Shown piece by piece: positions 26,463 to 39,029 of a DNA stretch of 64,000 nucleotides. Location: positions 7,427,079 to 7,491,078 of the forward strand of contig OZ316898.1 in assembly GCA_973895155.1 (NCBI GenBank). Direction: 5' to 3'. Position 1 is the first letter of the stretch. Each line of letters begins with the position of its first letter. The position numbers and the translations under genes were made by a program. Under the pieces are notes generated by a model, which was not told the origin of the DNA, did not search any database, and saw only the letters and a list, made by a program, of their open reading frames with translations. This DNA is from Marsupella aquatica. Its lineage: Eukaryota > Plantae > Marchantiophyta.

Positions 26463-28071
26463 TGTCATGAGGTTTTCATCCTAAATGAGGAATCCTCATG
26501 TTTTGTGAAAGAAGTTGAAACCATTTTTTGCTTCTAACTTGGGCAAGTTGACTTGACTTGAGCTAACTTGACCAAGGTGAAGGAGGAAGCAGAGTTATGA
26601 GGTCAAGGTAGGGATGAGGTTGAGCCTACCCACTCTTGTTACTATTGTGGGGTATATTTTTCATTTGTGACTAGCGGTTAAGTTATCATTTGGCGGATTG
26701 ACGGAATGGAGGTTGCTTGCTCAACAAGCAAGGTATTTAAGGTTTTGGAGACATGGTGACCAGGTTCATTGAATTTATAGAGGATGTGACCAAGTTCAAG
26801 GCACGTAGAAGGGTTGGGTCCAACTGCATCAATTTTGTGAGATATGGATCAAATTCAGAGTTTTGTGTTAAATGGACCAGATGTATAGTTTGTGTTAAAT
26901 GGACTAGATTCAATGTATCTACTTCAACAGTGGATCTTGTTTTTGGTTAATGGATGGTTTGGATTGAAGGTGGAGATGTGAGTTAGGGCTTGGTGGAGGT
27001 CGTGGCTTTTCCAAAATGGTCAAAGCTCTTTTGGTTTGGAAGTTACTAAAGAGGGGTTTTTTGGCTCATTTTTTGCCGTTTGATCTAATTGGTGTGAGAT
27101 CTAGGGTTGTGATTCAATAAGGACTAAAACCATAAGTGAAGGATCTTTTGGGTGCCCTGGGCCTTCCCACATGGGTACTAAAGGAGGAAGTTCGAGTGGC
27201 CAATGGTTTGAAAGTTAGATGCTGCTAAAGTGTTATCTTTTTGTCGTTTTGGAGTGTTAAGTCCCATTTCGAGTTGTAAGAGCAAACCTCTAGGGGAAGC
27301 TCGAGTATGAGACATGTGTAAGGAAGGAGCCCTCCTCCTTGGCCATGGCCTTAGGTTCTTGAGGGTAGGAGATGTAAAACTCAGTTTTAGAAGAAGAAAA
27401 GAGAGGTGACACTTTGAATGTTGCTACATTTCACTTGTGACAGTTTTTTCTAGGGATTTTGAGGGAAGTTTCGAATGTTAGAGAGGTTGATCGAAGCCTT
27501 AGGAAGGAGGTAGACCATGAGTAGGAAGCTTAAAGAGCATGCATGAGAGATTGCCCACAAGAAGGCATACTCGAATGTAAGCTCTTGGCTCCAAGTTTTG
27601 AAGGGTTTGAAGTAGTAGGACTGATTCAAAGCCTTGGTGGTGATATGTAACAAAATTTTCTTGCTTGCGTGCGTTGCATGAGAGAGCTCATTAAGAAGGC
27701 TTACTCAAGTGCAAACATCATAGCTTGGGGGTTTTGAAGGAGGATGGTAGGTGTAAGGGAGTAGGAAGGGAGACAAAGCTATTTTGAAGTCTTGAGATGA
27801 CTATGGTGGTAGTTTGGAGGCTAGATAATGTCTTACTTGGTGTTTGAGCTTGTTTGGTTCATCTTTGCTAGGAGGGTCTTGTTTGTGACCTATATTTTGA
27901 CTTAGGAAAGGCCATGATGCTTTTCATGTGCCTTTTGCCATGCATTTAGAGGAGTGGACTCCTTGGGTTTTGAAAGATGGTGTAGGAGGATTTTTTGGCT
28001 ATGAATGAAGGATGAATGGATCATTTGTGAAAGCTAAATAATGACTTTTTTTGCTCCATTTTCACAGGACA
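26463..28071 (+). mobile_element. Probable 3' LTR of the decayed Gypsy element
   Basis: Purine-rich ggtgaggatgga precedes tgtcatga, and the region ends in ...tcacaggaca (TG...CA). Non-coding. No partner LTR in the window. Confidence 0.4.
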
Positions 28072-30210
28072 TCATACGCTATCTCTGAGTGCATACCCTC
28101 AAAAATTATCACTGAGAAAAAAAAAATTGGAGTTCTTTTTGGACATATGGTACCATGATTTTTTGTGTGACACGTCCTGAAATTAATCCTTACGAGAGGA
28201 TACAGAAACCTTAGAGTTTTCAAACATCATATGGCTTACTTAATATTATAAGGCTATGATATGGTTTCTATATCAAACACATCAAAAAACAAAAAATGAT
28301 CAATTCTTTAGTTGAAAATGTATCCTTGAAAAGGTTCATATTACAACAATTTTGGGTGTGACACTCATTTTGAGTCCTCCAATTGTGAATGAGACCCAAA
28401 GTACATGTGTACTTTTGAATTTACGTATAAAAGTATTTCAGTTATGGTAACATTTGATTCATTGGGACTTTTACCAATTTCTTGGGTTCATTCCCACATT
28501 AATGTTGTACTATGAACATCAATTGAACAGTGTCTGGACTTGCCAATGTACTCAACCTACAAAATGAGAATCAATTATGAAGAGGTATGTACATGTAAAG
28601 GTATATATCAATATTTGATTATGTTTGTGATTGTCGACAAGCTTTGACAATTTGGGTCTTCCTTTTGGGCAGGCTTTGGAAATACACAAGTCAACCTAGT
28701 CAACTATGTGCAAAATATGTTAATGGAGAGTATATAGAGATAAAATCATCTAAACTAACCAAAAATGAAAGGTGTAAGAGCTTACCAGTACTCAATGTTA
28801 GTACGTTGTGCAAATGATTGGCAAAAATAGAGGCCACCAATTGATATAACGACATAAAAATGAATATTGTACTACTTAAGTTTCCACAACGAATTATACA
28901 TCTCATCCAAGCCTGCACCATATGTTATGAAGACGTCCACTTGCATGTCTTTCAATATGCACCAAAAATTCTACTACAAGATAGTGGCTGCATATTTTAC
29001 AAACACAATGATGAAGGCAACAAGTATGATGTCTTCACCTTCTTTATCGGGATCACTCCACTATTGATGTGAGGAGCCTAAATGAGGCAATTAAAACCCT
29101 TAAGAATCTATAGCCTGAAGCCAGCATGAGACCATGAATTTTATATGGCATTTAGAATCCACATAAATTATAGTCATGGGTATTAAACACACTGACACTA
29201 TCAATCCGAGTCAATATATGGATATTAAACACAATGAGACTCTCCTTGCCTAAACTATCCCCATTTTTTATTCTTACCCCCAAGTTTATATTTGGGATTT
29301 GGGCAATTATAGTAGAGTTGGCAACCCTCAATTTTGGTCATGCATGATCAAGATGATTATGTTGCTTTAAATTGGGTTCTTTATGAGAACTTGGGAAGGC
29401 AAGTCTGAACATGTCTTCACATCCTTGTCATCTATTTCATTCAAATTATACATTGTTTTAATTGCACCAACAATGCTGATTTGCTTTGTTTTGTTCTCAA
29501 AGTTTTCTTGTACATAAGGGAGAAGTTATTTCATAACCCGCTTTATAGATGCTAAAAATTATTTAGTGGATATATTCAATTTTAAAGCCTGAACAAGGAC
29601 ATGGTCATGATCTCATCAATGGTAACAAACATGCAATTTAGTGACAATGATAAGAATAATATATTTCACTATTGACAATTCTAAGAAAACACTATAGTAA
29701 ATTGTTTTCATGATTCTAAAATGCCTACAATATATCTTCTGTTACAATTCAGAGTATCCTAGAGACTCTACTGTGAAATTCCATGACAAAATCAATCTAC
29801 TATTTGTTGTTTGAATTATCCTACAGATACTAACCATAACATCCATTCATATAGACAACTCTCAAACATGAGAATTATGACAAACTGGTAGTTTTGGTTG
29901 TTTGGCTTCTTGCACAATATTGTGAAATACATGATTTCATCTATGACCCTCAGGATCATAGATTTCATCAGGACCCTCAGGATGAAACCCTACCAATGTA
30001 ACAACACAATGATAAATTTGATAACTAAAGTTATATTAATTAAGAGCTCACTTGCAATATAAGAAAACACATTGATTGTCTGATTCATGCTTGTATGATA
30101 GTAACTAACTATGACTCGAGCCTCTGCACGAGTAAGACCCATTGTCGTGCTAGAGTGCATCGATGTACCAGCTGTGTCGTAACCGCAAACCTGTCTAGTA
30201 AATATACTTA

Positions 30211-31995
30211 CTATCCTATCCAACCAAGTACCCGAAGTAGATCCTTGAATAGCATTGAACGGTTATTTCGCAGACCTTCGTCTGTGCCTATTGCAGAAAA
30301 CCCTTGGCACTCCCATCCAGCAACTACCAGATGTATAGGGCCTAGTAATTGGATGTGACGTTGTTGGATAAGTTTGATATCTGGCGATAGAAATGTGAGA
30401 GCAGACTTCAATGTTGTGGCAGGCAAGAGTTGGGAATACTGTTTACTAAGGGCAGCAAGGCATTGAGGCAGCAATAGGCGTGCGATAGCATCTATGTCAC
30501 AATACACATACTTGTGTACTCATAATCCACACTTGAGAGCGGCCTCAAGCCCAGTAGCCAATCTCAGTCGCAAATACAACTTTCACCTACTCGTAATTGC
30601 TCCGGCGTTGCCTAATTCCAGTGTTGAGCCCCTCTTAGATTTGCTACCATCATGGCCATTAGGGATGCGACTAACAAAGAAGAGGCTAGTAAGAGCAAGG
30701 ACAAGACTTGAGAAAAACGTGCTCCAATTTAACTCTATCGGGCCCGTTATCGATCACGGAAAAATGAACTACTCTATCGGGCCCGCATACTTGTAGTTTG
30801 AGCCTGTTGCCGATCATGGAAAAATGAACTATTTTTCCAACAGATTACCATAGAGGCCCAAGAAGCCTCACATGAGCCCAATCATGGGGCTGCATATTTC
30901 TCAGCCAATGGACCTAGGGGCCAAAAGTTATGGCCGATTCAAGTTGCATGCTTGTAGTTTGGGTCCATCGCCGATCACGGAAAAATAAACTCGTTGGAAA
31001 GCTAATGAAGAAAGCTATCTCATGGTGCTCTTTGATTGTGCATTGGATGGTTTTGGTTTAGAGGTTTGCAATGGGGGGAGTCTCTCTTGCCGATCCGAAG
31101 TCGAATAGTGACCAAACCGCATTTGGTTCGCACAGGGACCTGATGTTGGAGAGGTAGAACCAAGTAGACTCTGGGGGCTGCCGTTGAGATCTGGTCCCGA
31201 TGCATGGTGAGAGGATGAGCGGAACCCAGTTTCGCCGAGAGGTGGCTAAGATCTAGAAACTGAATGGTCCCGGCGTGTTACTACTAGTTTGTGACAAACT
31301 GAGATTGGGCCATGGGCATGTCTTGGAGGCAGGGCGGTCAGCCATTGACGGGTAGAAAGTGGGGAAGCTTGGGCGACATCCGGTAAATAGATTGTTCCGG
31401 ATAAACAGTGATGTCGACCTTAGTTTCAGCTTATGGTAAGGCCATGCGGGCCTAGGAGGCTCTATCCGCTGACCTACTTACTAACAACTATTGAGCTTGA
31501 TGCGAGACAATGGTCTTGGGAGTTCCAAGATCAAGACGGGTTGGTTGGTTGCTTGTGCAGATAGTAAAGACCGTTGAGCGATGGTTGTGCTGACGATGGC
31601 AAGTGCGGCTTCGTATGGGAGGGGTCGCTAACGATAAGGAGTATAGTCGGAAAGAACTTGCCCCAACATTTTGTGTAACTAGTGCAAGGTTTGACTTGTT
31701 TCAAAGTTGAGAAACAAGTTTGGACAGACACGTGGTGGGAGGGCCACCACTATCCCCCAAATAATTCCACAAATGTGATGCCTTTTGGTGGAGGGCACCA
31801 CTGGATGGGTGTGTTGGATACTAGTGATGCAATGTGGTAGGCATGTGACTTATCCTGAGTGTGCATTGAACAATACTCCAACGTTTTTATCATGCGGACC
31901 TGTGCCTTCTCCAGTAACAACTGTGTATCTGGTAAATACTCTTTCTTGGTAACAGTAGCGGCAGTAGTATCGTGAGCCACCAATGGGATAATCAT
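30211..31995 (-). pseudogene. DNMT3-like C5 cytosine methyltransferase fragment (split by insertion 30564-31751, truncated after motif V)
   Basis: Joining 31753 to 30561 gives GITFVELFGG-LATGLEAALKCGL*VHKYVYCDIDA...PDIKLI...PIHLVVAGWECQGFSAIG..GLRNNRSMLFKDLLRVL, i.e. motif I, motif II, motif III, catalytic motif IV and RS.LF. Confidence 0.8.
30564..31751. mobile_element. Unclassified ~1.19-kb insertion in the methyltransferase domain
   Basis: Flanked by ATC at 30561-30563 and 31752-31754; removing it restores the reading frame. Contains internal repeats cgatca(c/t)ggaaaaat(g/a)aact x3. Confidence 0.6.
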
Positions 31996-32582
31996 AGTAG
32001 GGTCTGCATCAACCGCTTGGTGAACTCCGCACCCGATAGCGCTAGTCTCTTGTTGAAAACCTGGCTAGCATCCTGCCTAGATGCTGAGGCAGTGGATGCA
32101 GGTAATATTTCAGTTGGTTGACCCCTTCATTGGTATCCAAGGGCAACTGCTGATGGTTGTTAGAAATGATGTCCTGTTCTTCATCCATGGACATCTGACA
32201 AAAACTACTGGGCATAGAGCTTGGCTCTACTTCTCTGGGTAGTGTAGTAGTGGCAGTCTGGTTGTCTCCTACAGCCTTATACTGTGCGGATCTAGTGACT
32301 ACATACCCATTCAAGTCATAAAGTAACGAGGTGCTTGGGTTGCCACCTCCAATTGATGGTGAAGGGGCCTTCTACAGAGCCTATACCAACAATGCAGACA
32401 TTCAATTGTCAAAAGCTTCAAATAGCTCTGCCTTGAGAGCGTCCATCTTTTACTTGGACTTAGTTGTCTTGGCCTCATTCTTGTTACCACTGCTGGATGC
32501 TTGAGAAGAGTTGTCTGCAGCTTTGGTACTGGCTATAAGCTTCACATTCCTCTATGGTTGGGTAGGATATGTCGAGTGTTGT

Positions 32583-33661
32583 TAGGGTAACAAATTTTGT
32601 TGCCTTCGTTCTGGATGTGCTTGAAAGCAGACTGACTCCACATGTCCAATCTTGCCGCATGCAGAACAATGCAAATTCTCTTTTGGAATGTTGCATTGAG
32701 GTGAGTTGTGATCTAATGACCCACAATGATTGCACGATTGTATTGGTGTAGCCGCATTCACCTGTTTGGAGTTATGACCTCACTGTCCCCTCTCAAACGG
32801 TCTTCCTTGCGACTATCATGGGTTGGCAGGTTGTCTTTCTTGCCCAACTAGGGCCGTGCTATCTGTCGCAGCAGCTCTGGTCTTTGGCTTGGGCGTGATC
32901 TCGTAGTTCTCATTGGCCCAGTTCATCTTCTCTGCAAGTTCATAGACATCCTGTAGGGTGTAATTCTTGTTACTTCCTGAAAATAGGCTAGTAGTGACCT
33001 TGTTGTGCAGGTCTAGCTCATCTGCTTGCAAGGCCCGCAAGTACTTGTGCGCTGCTTCCCGATCAGTGCAACTCTCTGTCTCCTTTTGCAGACGTTCAAT
33101 CCTTCGGTACATCATCTTCAACGTCTCATCCTTCTTATGAATGAAGTTGTTCAGCTCTGCCAACTTGATTGAGTTCCTCTCTAGGAATTCTTCTTTTAGT
33201 ATGGCGAAGAAATCTGCTACCGGATCTGTGACTCCAAGATCTATCAAAGCCTCTGGGGCAATCCCTGTGGTGGCTGTTGCAATCTGAGCCTGCCTAAGTA
33301 TCACTGTGATTAGTGGTACTCCACCATTTTGCTTTGGGTCCTTTGCCTAATCTATAATTTGGGCAGTGAGTTGCTGGTCTTCAGCAACCTTGATGGCAGC
33401 AATGTAAGTTGGGTTGGCTCTCATCTCTTGCCGCACTAGTGTATATTTGTGCTACTCATACGTGGCAAGTGCCTCTTCACATAGGTACCGTTTTAGCTGA
33501 ATGAAAACAAATTGTACATCATACTCAGATTTGTACTTCTTCAAATTTGCCATGACTCCAACAAACCATGCTTTGAATTCTTGTAGCGGGATGATCCCTA
33601 GTTTGCCACTGAACTTTTGGTCACGGGTGTAGGCTGGACCATGTGACTGCATTCCTGCCAT
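32583..33661 (-). pseudogene. Retrotransposon Gag remnant with two zinc knuckles
   Basis: ORFs 33452-33661 and 32816-33304 are in the same frame (KFSG..FKAWF..; ETLKMMYRRIERL..). Downstream are CNHCGSLDHNSPQC and CSACGKIGHVESVC (CX2CX4HX4C). Confidence 0.8.
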
Positions 33662-34999
33662 TGTATAAGCTGGAAAGTTGAAAGAACCGTCGAATTCACC
33701 ATCTTCTTTGGATTTGGATTGTGTTGAGTACTCCTCCTGTCCCCCCCAATCTGAAACGTGGAGAAAATGGTAGCAAAACTAGAAAATGTGAGCCGTGCCC
33801 GTTGTGTACGTGGGGCACGCCTACCCCAGGCTCGTGAGAATATAGGGGAGTGGGGCTGGCTGTGCAACCAGTAGTGAGGTGATTCACTCATAAGGTACTG
33901 AGTATGTGTGAGATGACAGTAGATGTCTTTAAACCAATAGGTAAAAATAGACTATCCAGTGTAGACCATAGCGCACAATGGGGAGCAAAAGTGGCAAGGG
34001 GGACTGTTCAATCTCCCGTAAGAAATTAACACCAAAATGTATGACAATAAATTGACAAAAATAATCTTTGGGTAAGATGATGAACAGAAAGTCAATATGA
34101 TGAGGAAAACCCTGGGGCGCACCATGCAGCCAATCCATGGTGACTCACACAATAATAGAGCCCAATTACCGCACAAAATGTAGGGTAATCCTACTGATAT
34201 GGAATATGGAGAAAGTTTTGAGTACACAGCTTCAAGAAAGTCTGGAAATAACCTCAAATTGCTCTACCATATCCTAGGAGCAACAAAACTAGAAATATAA
34301 TCTAGCCAACATAAGGATGAGGGCGCGGCTCATGCCACTCACGCTCTGCTCTCTCCCTCTCTAGAAGGTCTAATGGCAGAGGACCATGGTCTGAATGTGG
34401 GGTGCCATTACGATACACATACTGTGGACGGCCTCTAACTTGCCCGGGGGTAATAGGGGCTGGTAACTATCCAGAAGTGCACAAAGGGTATGGACTTATA
34501 TCCAAGAAACTAAAACTATCACCTGTATCATCCTCTACATCAACTTAGGGGTGTCAGAATGGGTCGGTGTAGCTTTGGGTTTCCAGCAGTTCTGCCACTA
34601 AGTGTGGGTTCAGGCGTTTAGTCAGTGTGCGCAGGTCCTTACTAGCAAAGTGCGCCCTTTTGTGAAGCAAACCCTCTTGAGTATTTGCTTCCATAATCCG
34701 CAGCCAAAAACAAGAATTCTGGAGGGAAGCAAAGAAGCAATCGTAGTTTTGGTCCACAACTTGACTAGAGTGTTGAAGGTTTAGGGTGAGGAACAACGGA
34801 GAGCTCATTGCTTGGTGGTAGGGTTGAAGGTCGTCGGCACATTGTGGAGGTTTAACGAAGTGGGGAGCAAGATGGATCATCGGGCTGCTCATTGCTTGGT
34901 GGCAGGGTTCAAGGTTTAGGGTCGATTGTGGAGGTCTGTTCATTGTGTGAGGTGGATAGGGTGGCCGCATTTTAGGTTTGTGGAGGACATCATTTCGCC

Positions 35000-35520
35000 C
35001 GCATTTGCACTATTGTTGTTGCGGATTGCTGCACAGCTTGTTTTGTGACAACGGCTTGGTTTGGTTCGGCCCAGGTAAGGCTACAATCCCCTATCTTTGA
35101 TATGTGACCTCGTGGCTGCAAGTTTAGTTGTCTCCCCACAGTCTTCTAAGCTTGCTGTCCATAGTTTACTGTCAGCATTGGAACATCAACCTAGCGAGCG
35201 TTGGAAGAACGCTCAATCAAGAAGGGAAGCAATCGCGCTGATACCTATGAGCTGGGAGAGCTCAGAGAGTCGACTTGCAAAGGTTATAGTTGCAGACTCT
35301 GTTTCAGGCGCTCTTGTGTTCAGGATTGAGGCCGTTGCGAGCTTCAGTCTGGAGGTGTTAAAGATTGCTTTATCTGCGGAGTACCTCAAGGAGATAGCGG
35401 ACAGATTTTGGTCCAAGCATTGCACAAAGGATTGCGCCCAAGAGTGTGGGATAGTCCCGGGAGCGCGGCCCATCCTAGAGCATCCTGTCAGTTCAAGGTA
35501 AGTTTTCAATGTTTTTGATT
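35000..35520 (-). pseudogene. Possible Gag remnant of another retroelement
   Basis: MKTYLELTG..WAQSF..FASRLSELSQLIG..AFFQRSL resembles a retrotransposon capsid pattern; several stops. Weak. Confidence 0.35.
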
Positions 35521-38500
35521 GCTTTTGTCGCCATGCCCTTTCAATTTCTTAAGTCAGACAGCGGGAAGCAAGATGTTTGTATTGTTGAAAGAACGGGAGC
35601 GGGCTCCAGACCTGAGACATTGGAGTTTCTAGTCTGGCCTTTGAGTGACTTGCGCTGAGCTTCTACTGTGGCTTTTGAGGTTGACTGATCGAGCTGCATT
35701 GACTAAGCTAAACTGAACTACTACATTCAGTTAATACTCACTGATCAACCTATTGAGCTGTCATTGGGAGTTGGAGGTTGTGTTGCGCTCATCTTTGGAG
35801 GCGGGAGGTGAAATGCCATAGCTCTCCCTGTGTCTGTCCTCGTGCTTCACTACTTGTATTCAGGTGTTTTTATCAGTTTCAGAGGGGAGGTCATTGTATC
35901 TGCAAGCTGTTGGTGAGCTAAGCAACCGCTATGTGTAGGTTTAAGGAGTTGCGCGTGCATCAATCTTTTGAGGGAGCTTGGAGTGGAAGCCGACAACTTG
36001 GAGCGGGACTTCAACTTGCTATTACTAGCTACCTTGGACAAAGGTGACAGTCAGTAGCGCAAAGGTGAGACTCAGTAGTTTTAGGGATCGACCATGAGTG
36101 CTGAGCTATTCAAGCTGAATATTTGGATGAGAAAGGGACTCAGTCGGCACGTGACTTATCATCAATTAATTAAGAGGCTTGAGTATTAAACTATGATTAT
36201 TTAGTAATCACTCATCGAGCAGAGGAAGTGGTTACTTTAGGAGTATGTAAAGGTTGGGCATCGGCTCAGTTGGAATCCCGTCTAGTTGCTTAAGATACTT
36301 CCAATGTTTTACCAATTCTAGAGATGTGACTTTTATGTTATCAATTATGAGTTGTAGAGCTTGGATTTAGTTTGCAAGTGGAAATCTTCCCAAGGGTTTC
36401 TCTCATTGTCTAATTGATACACATTGTATTCAAATCGGTTTGAGCCTTCTTCCTAGCCACCCACCGCTCTTCATTCTTTTTCAAGGCAGCCATCAATGGT
36501 TTGACGACTGCTTCTTTTTGCTTGATCAAGCTTGCTTTCACTGTTGCAACATGTCATGCATGTGTATCGTTTAGCTCATTGATTACTTTGTGTAATTGTG
36601 ACGTCCTAGCTTTTTCAAGGGTTTGAAACTCATTTTATGTTTAGATCATCTTTGTATTATCTATTGGCTAGTTGATCCGTTGCTTCTTCAACTTCCCGAT
36701 TTCTTTATTGTCCTGTCTTAACTTGTCAACATTGGATCAAACATTAGTAGACCACAACTTTAGAACTTTTCAAATAAAATTAGCAATCCTTTTTTAAATT
36801 AGCTAGAGTTGCTTAATCTATTTACAACTACTTTAACAAATCTTGTAGATACCCCTTATAAGACTAACCATTGACAATCTCTCTAAAAATCTTTTTATTA
36901 TCTCAACTCAATTTTTTGTTTGTTCTGGTTTATATAGCTATAATATTATAAGTTGATGGTGTTCTTCTTATTATTTAACCTTTAACGATAAAGATTCTAA
37001 TTTTTTTGAAAATATTCTAACCGCTTCTCTATTAGTTGTCACTCATGCTTGTTCAAACAATGTTTTCGTCTAAAGATAAGTGTTTCATCATCCACTTTAA
37101 TGAAGAACTGTATTGTCTTGCAATTCAAGAAAAATAGGCCTTAAGTAAGCCAAATCCAAGCATTGTCAGAAAGATTTTAATTACTCAAGAGACACTGGGC
37201 CTTACTGCCTGTGCAAATATGACTATTCACTTGAATTATATCAACACAAAAACATTTAAAGTTCCCCTTGGATGATCCCCATAAATATTAGAGCTTCTTT
37301 CGAAGATACTATAACGTTATACAACTATTTTTCAAATTATTTTACTAAATTTTTCAACATGCTATTTTAATTCGTACAATAATCTTTAGACCTAAGAAAA
37401 ACATCAAATTTAAGATTGAACTTGGGGTTTGATTCAAATCAATTTTTTTAATACAAAAAATATATAGTACACTTATTTTGCTTCATAAATGATTATATGA
37501 TATATAAGCAAAATATCTCAATTCGTAATCATGGTAACAAAATTTATATCAAATTGATACATAAACGTTTGGTGCATCATATTTTTATCTAAATAATATA
37601 ATCTAATAAAAAATAGATTGACAATCACTACTGGCGATCTATTCTTTTGGCAACCCATGCAACATCTTTCATAATTTCTAGAGATAATTAAAGCTTATGG
37701 TATAAGTTAACCTTTGATATTATATTATGATATAGATAACATAACCGTACTTGCGATATTTGAATATTTAACTTAAGGAATTCAAATGGTGACATAACCC
37801 TTCATGATCATAAGTAAATTTTAAAAAATAATAATTATAAAAACTGATGCATATCATTCTATTATATCAAAATAAACCATGGATTCAACTCTAAATAGTG
37901 AGAATACAATACTTTTGAGAAGTAAATTTCTTTTTATTTATATTTTGAAATGTTGACCCCCAATATTTTGCTCATTGTTTTGACCCACTATTTTAAAAAG
38001 TGAAATATTTATAATTTGTTAGCTCACTATTTTGCCTATTTTTATAGTTCATTACTCTGTAAAGTGATTCATTTTTCATTTTCACTTTAAATAAATTTAT
38101 AATTGTCTAGTTTATTATTTTGTCCACTTTTAGCCTACATTTTTTTTTAAATAAATTATTTATAATTTGCTAGGATACTATTGTATTTTACAATATTATA
38201 ATATTTTAGTCTATTATATTTATTTGGTTTACTATGATTTTGATATATTATTTTATTTTGACTTATTTTATGATTTTGACCTATTAAATAGAATAATATT
38301 CTATTCTAATTTACTACTTTAAAAAATCATCATATTTTAATTTTAATTTTAATAATATCTCCTAATGATGAAATATTTTATATGATATATTTTTATGTAA
38401 AAAATTATTTTCTTACAAAAGAGTTTTTCTAATAAATGAGGTTATTTTTAGAAAAATTCTAATTACAAACCATTTTTTCCCAATCAAGGTCTAGATTAGC

Positions 38501-38608
38501 AAATAATATAATATAATTATCATCTTGGTATAATTTTTATAAAATATTTGTCCAATTATTTGATTAGTTTGTAAATGTACATTGTAACGTTCAAAGGTTG
38601 AGTAAATG

Positions 38609-39029
38609 TGTTGGGTATTTACTCTTATGTCTAGATTAGGTATGACATGATTGGTACAACAATGTGGGTTGGTACAACTACGTGATTAGGTACAACAATG
38701 TGGTTAGGTACAATTATGTGATTAGGTACAACAATGTGGTTAGGTACAATTATGTGATTAGGTACAACAATGTGGTTAGGTACAATTATGTGATTAGATA
38801 CAACAATGTGGTTAGGTACAATTACGTGATTAGGTACAACAATATGGTTAGGTACAACAATGGAGACTGTGGAGACACGGTATAACCAACGAGCTTAGAG
38901 TTCAGTAAACCTCTCTTGTGTGTTCCTGTGGACGTAGTCTCAAGGAGGTGAACCACATATCTTTTGTGTCGACTACTTGCAGGTTGGATAAGTCATGTGT
39001 TTATCATTGTGATTATTCTATTCTCAACA
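38609..39029 (+). mobile_element. Solo LTR (Copia-type, 421 bp) with AAATG TSD
   Basis: TGTTG...CAACA termini; AAATG at 38604-38608 and 39030-39034. Contains gtggacgtag..gaggtgaaccac, similar to a motif in the Copia LTRs at 42266 and 50205 (minus strand). Confidence 0.85.
38650..38862. repeat. Minisatellite: 18-bp monomers alternating as a 36-bp higher-order unit (~6 copies)
   Basis: gtggttaggtacaattat and gtgattaggtacaacaat alternate. Confidence 0.95.

Larger units (their letters stand above)
30211..33661 (-). mobile_element. Decayed retrotransposon encoding Gag followed by a cytosine-5 DNA methyltransferase-like domain
   Basis: A Gag-like frame from 33661 (with stops) has two CCHC knuckles near 32620-32735 and is followed on the same strand by a linker and MTase motifs I-V. 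LTRs, PR and RT were not identified. Confidence 0.75.

Noticed and set aside
38664-38885. Repetitive ORF (YNYVIRYNNVVR)n and CRISPR-like periodicity
   Set aside because: Translation of a minisatellite inside a solo LTR; no unique spacers, no cas genes, eukaryotic context.
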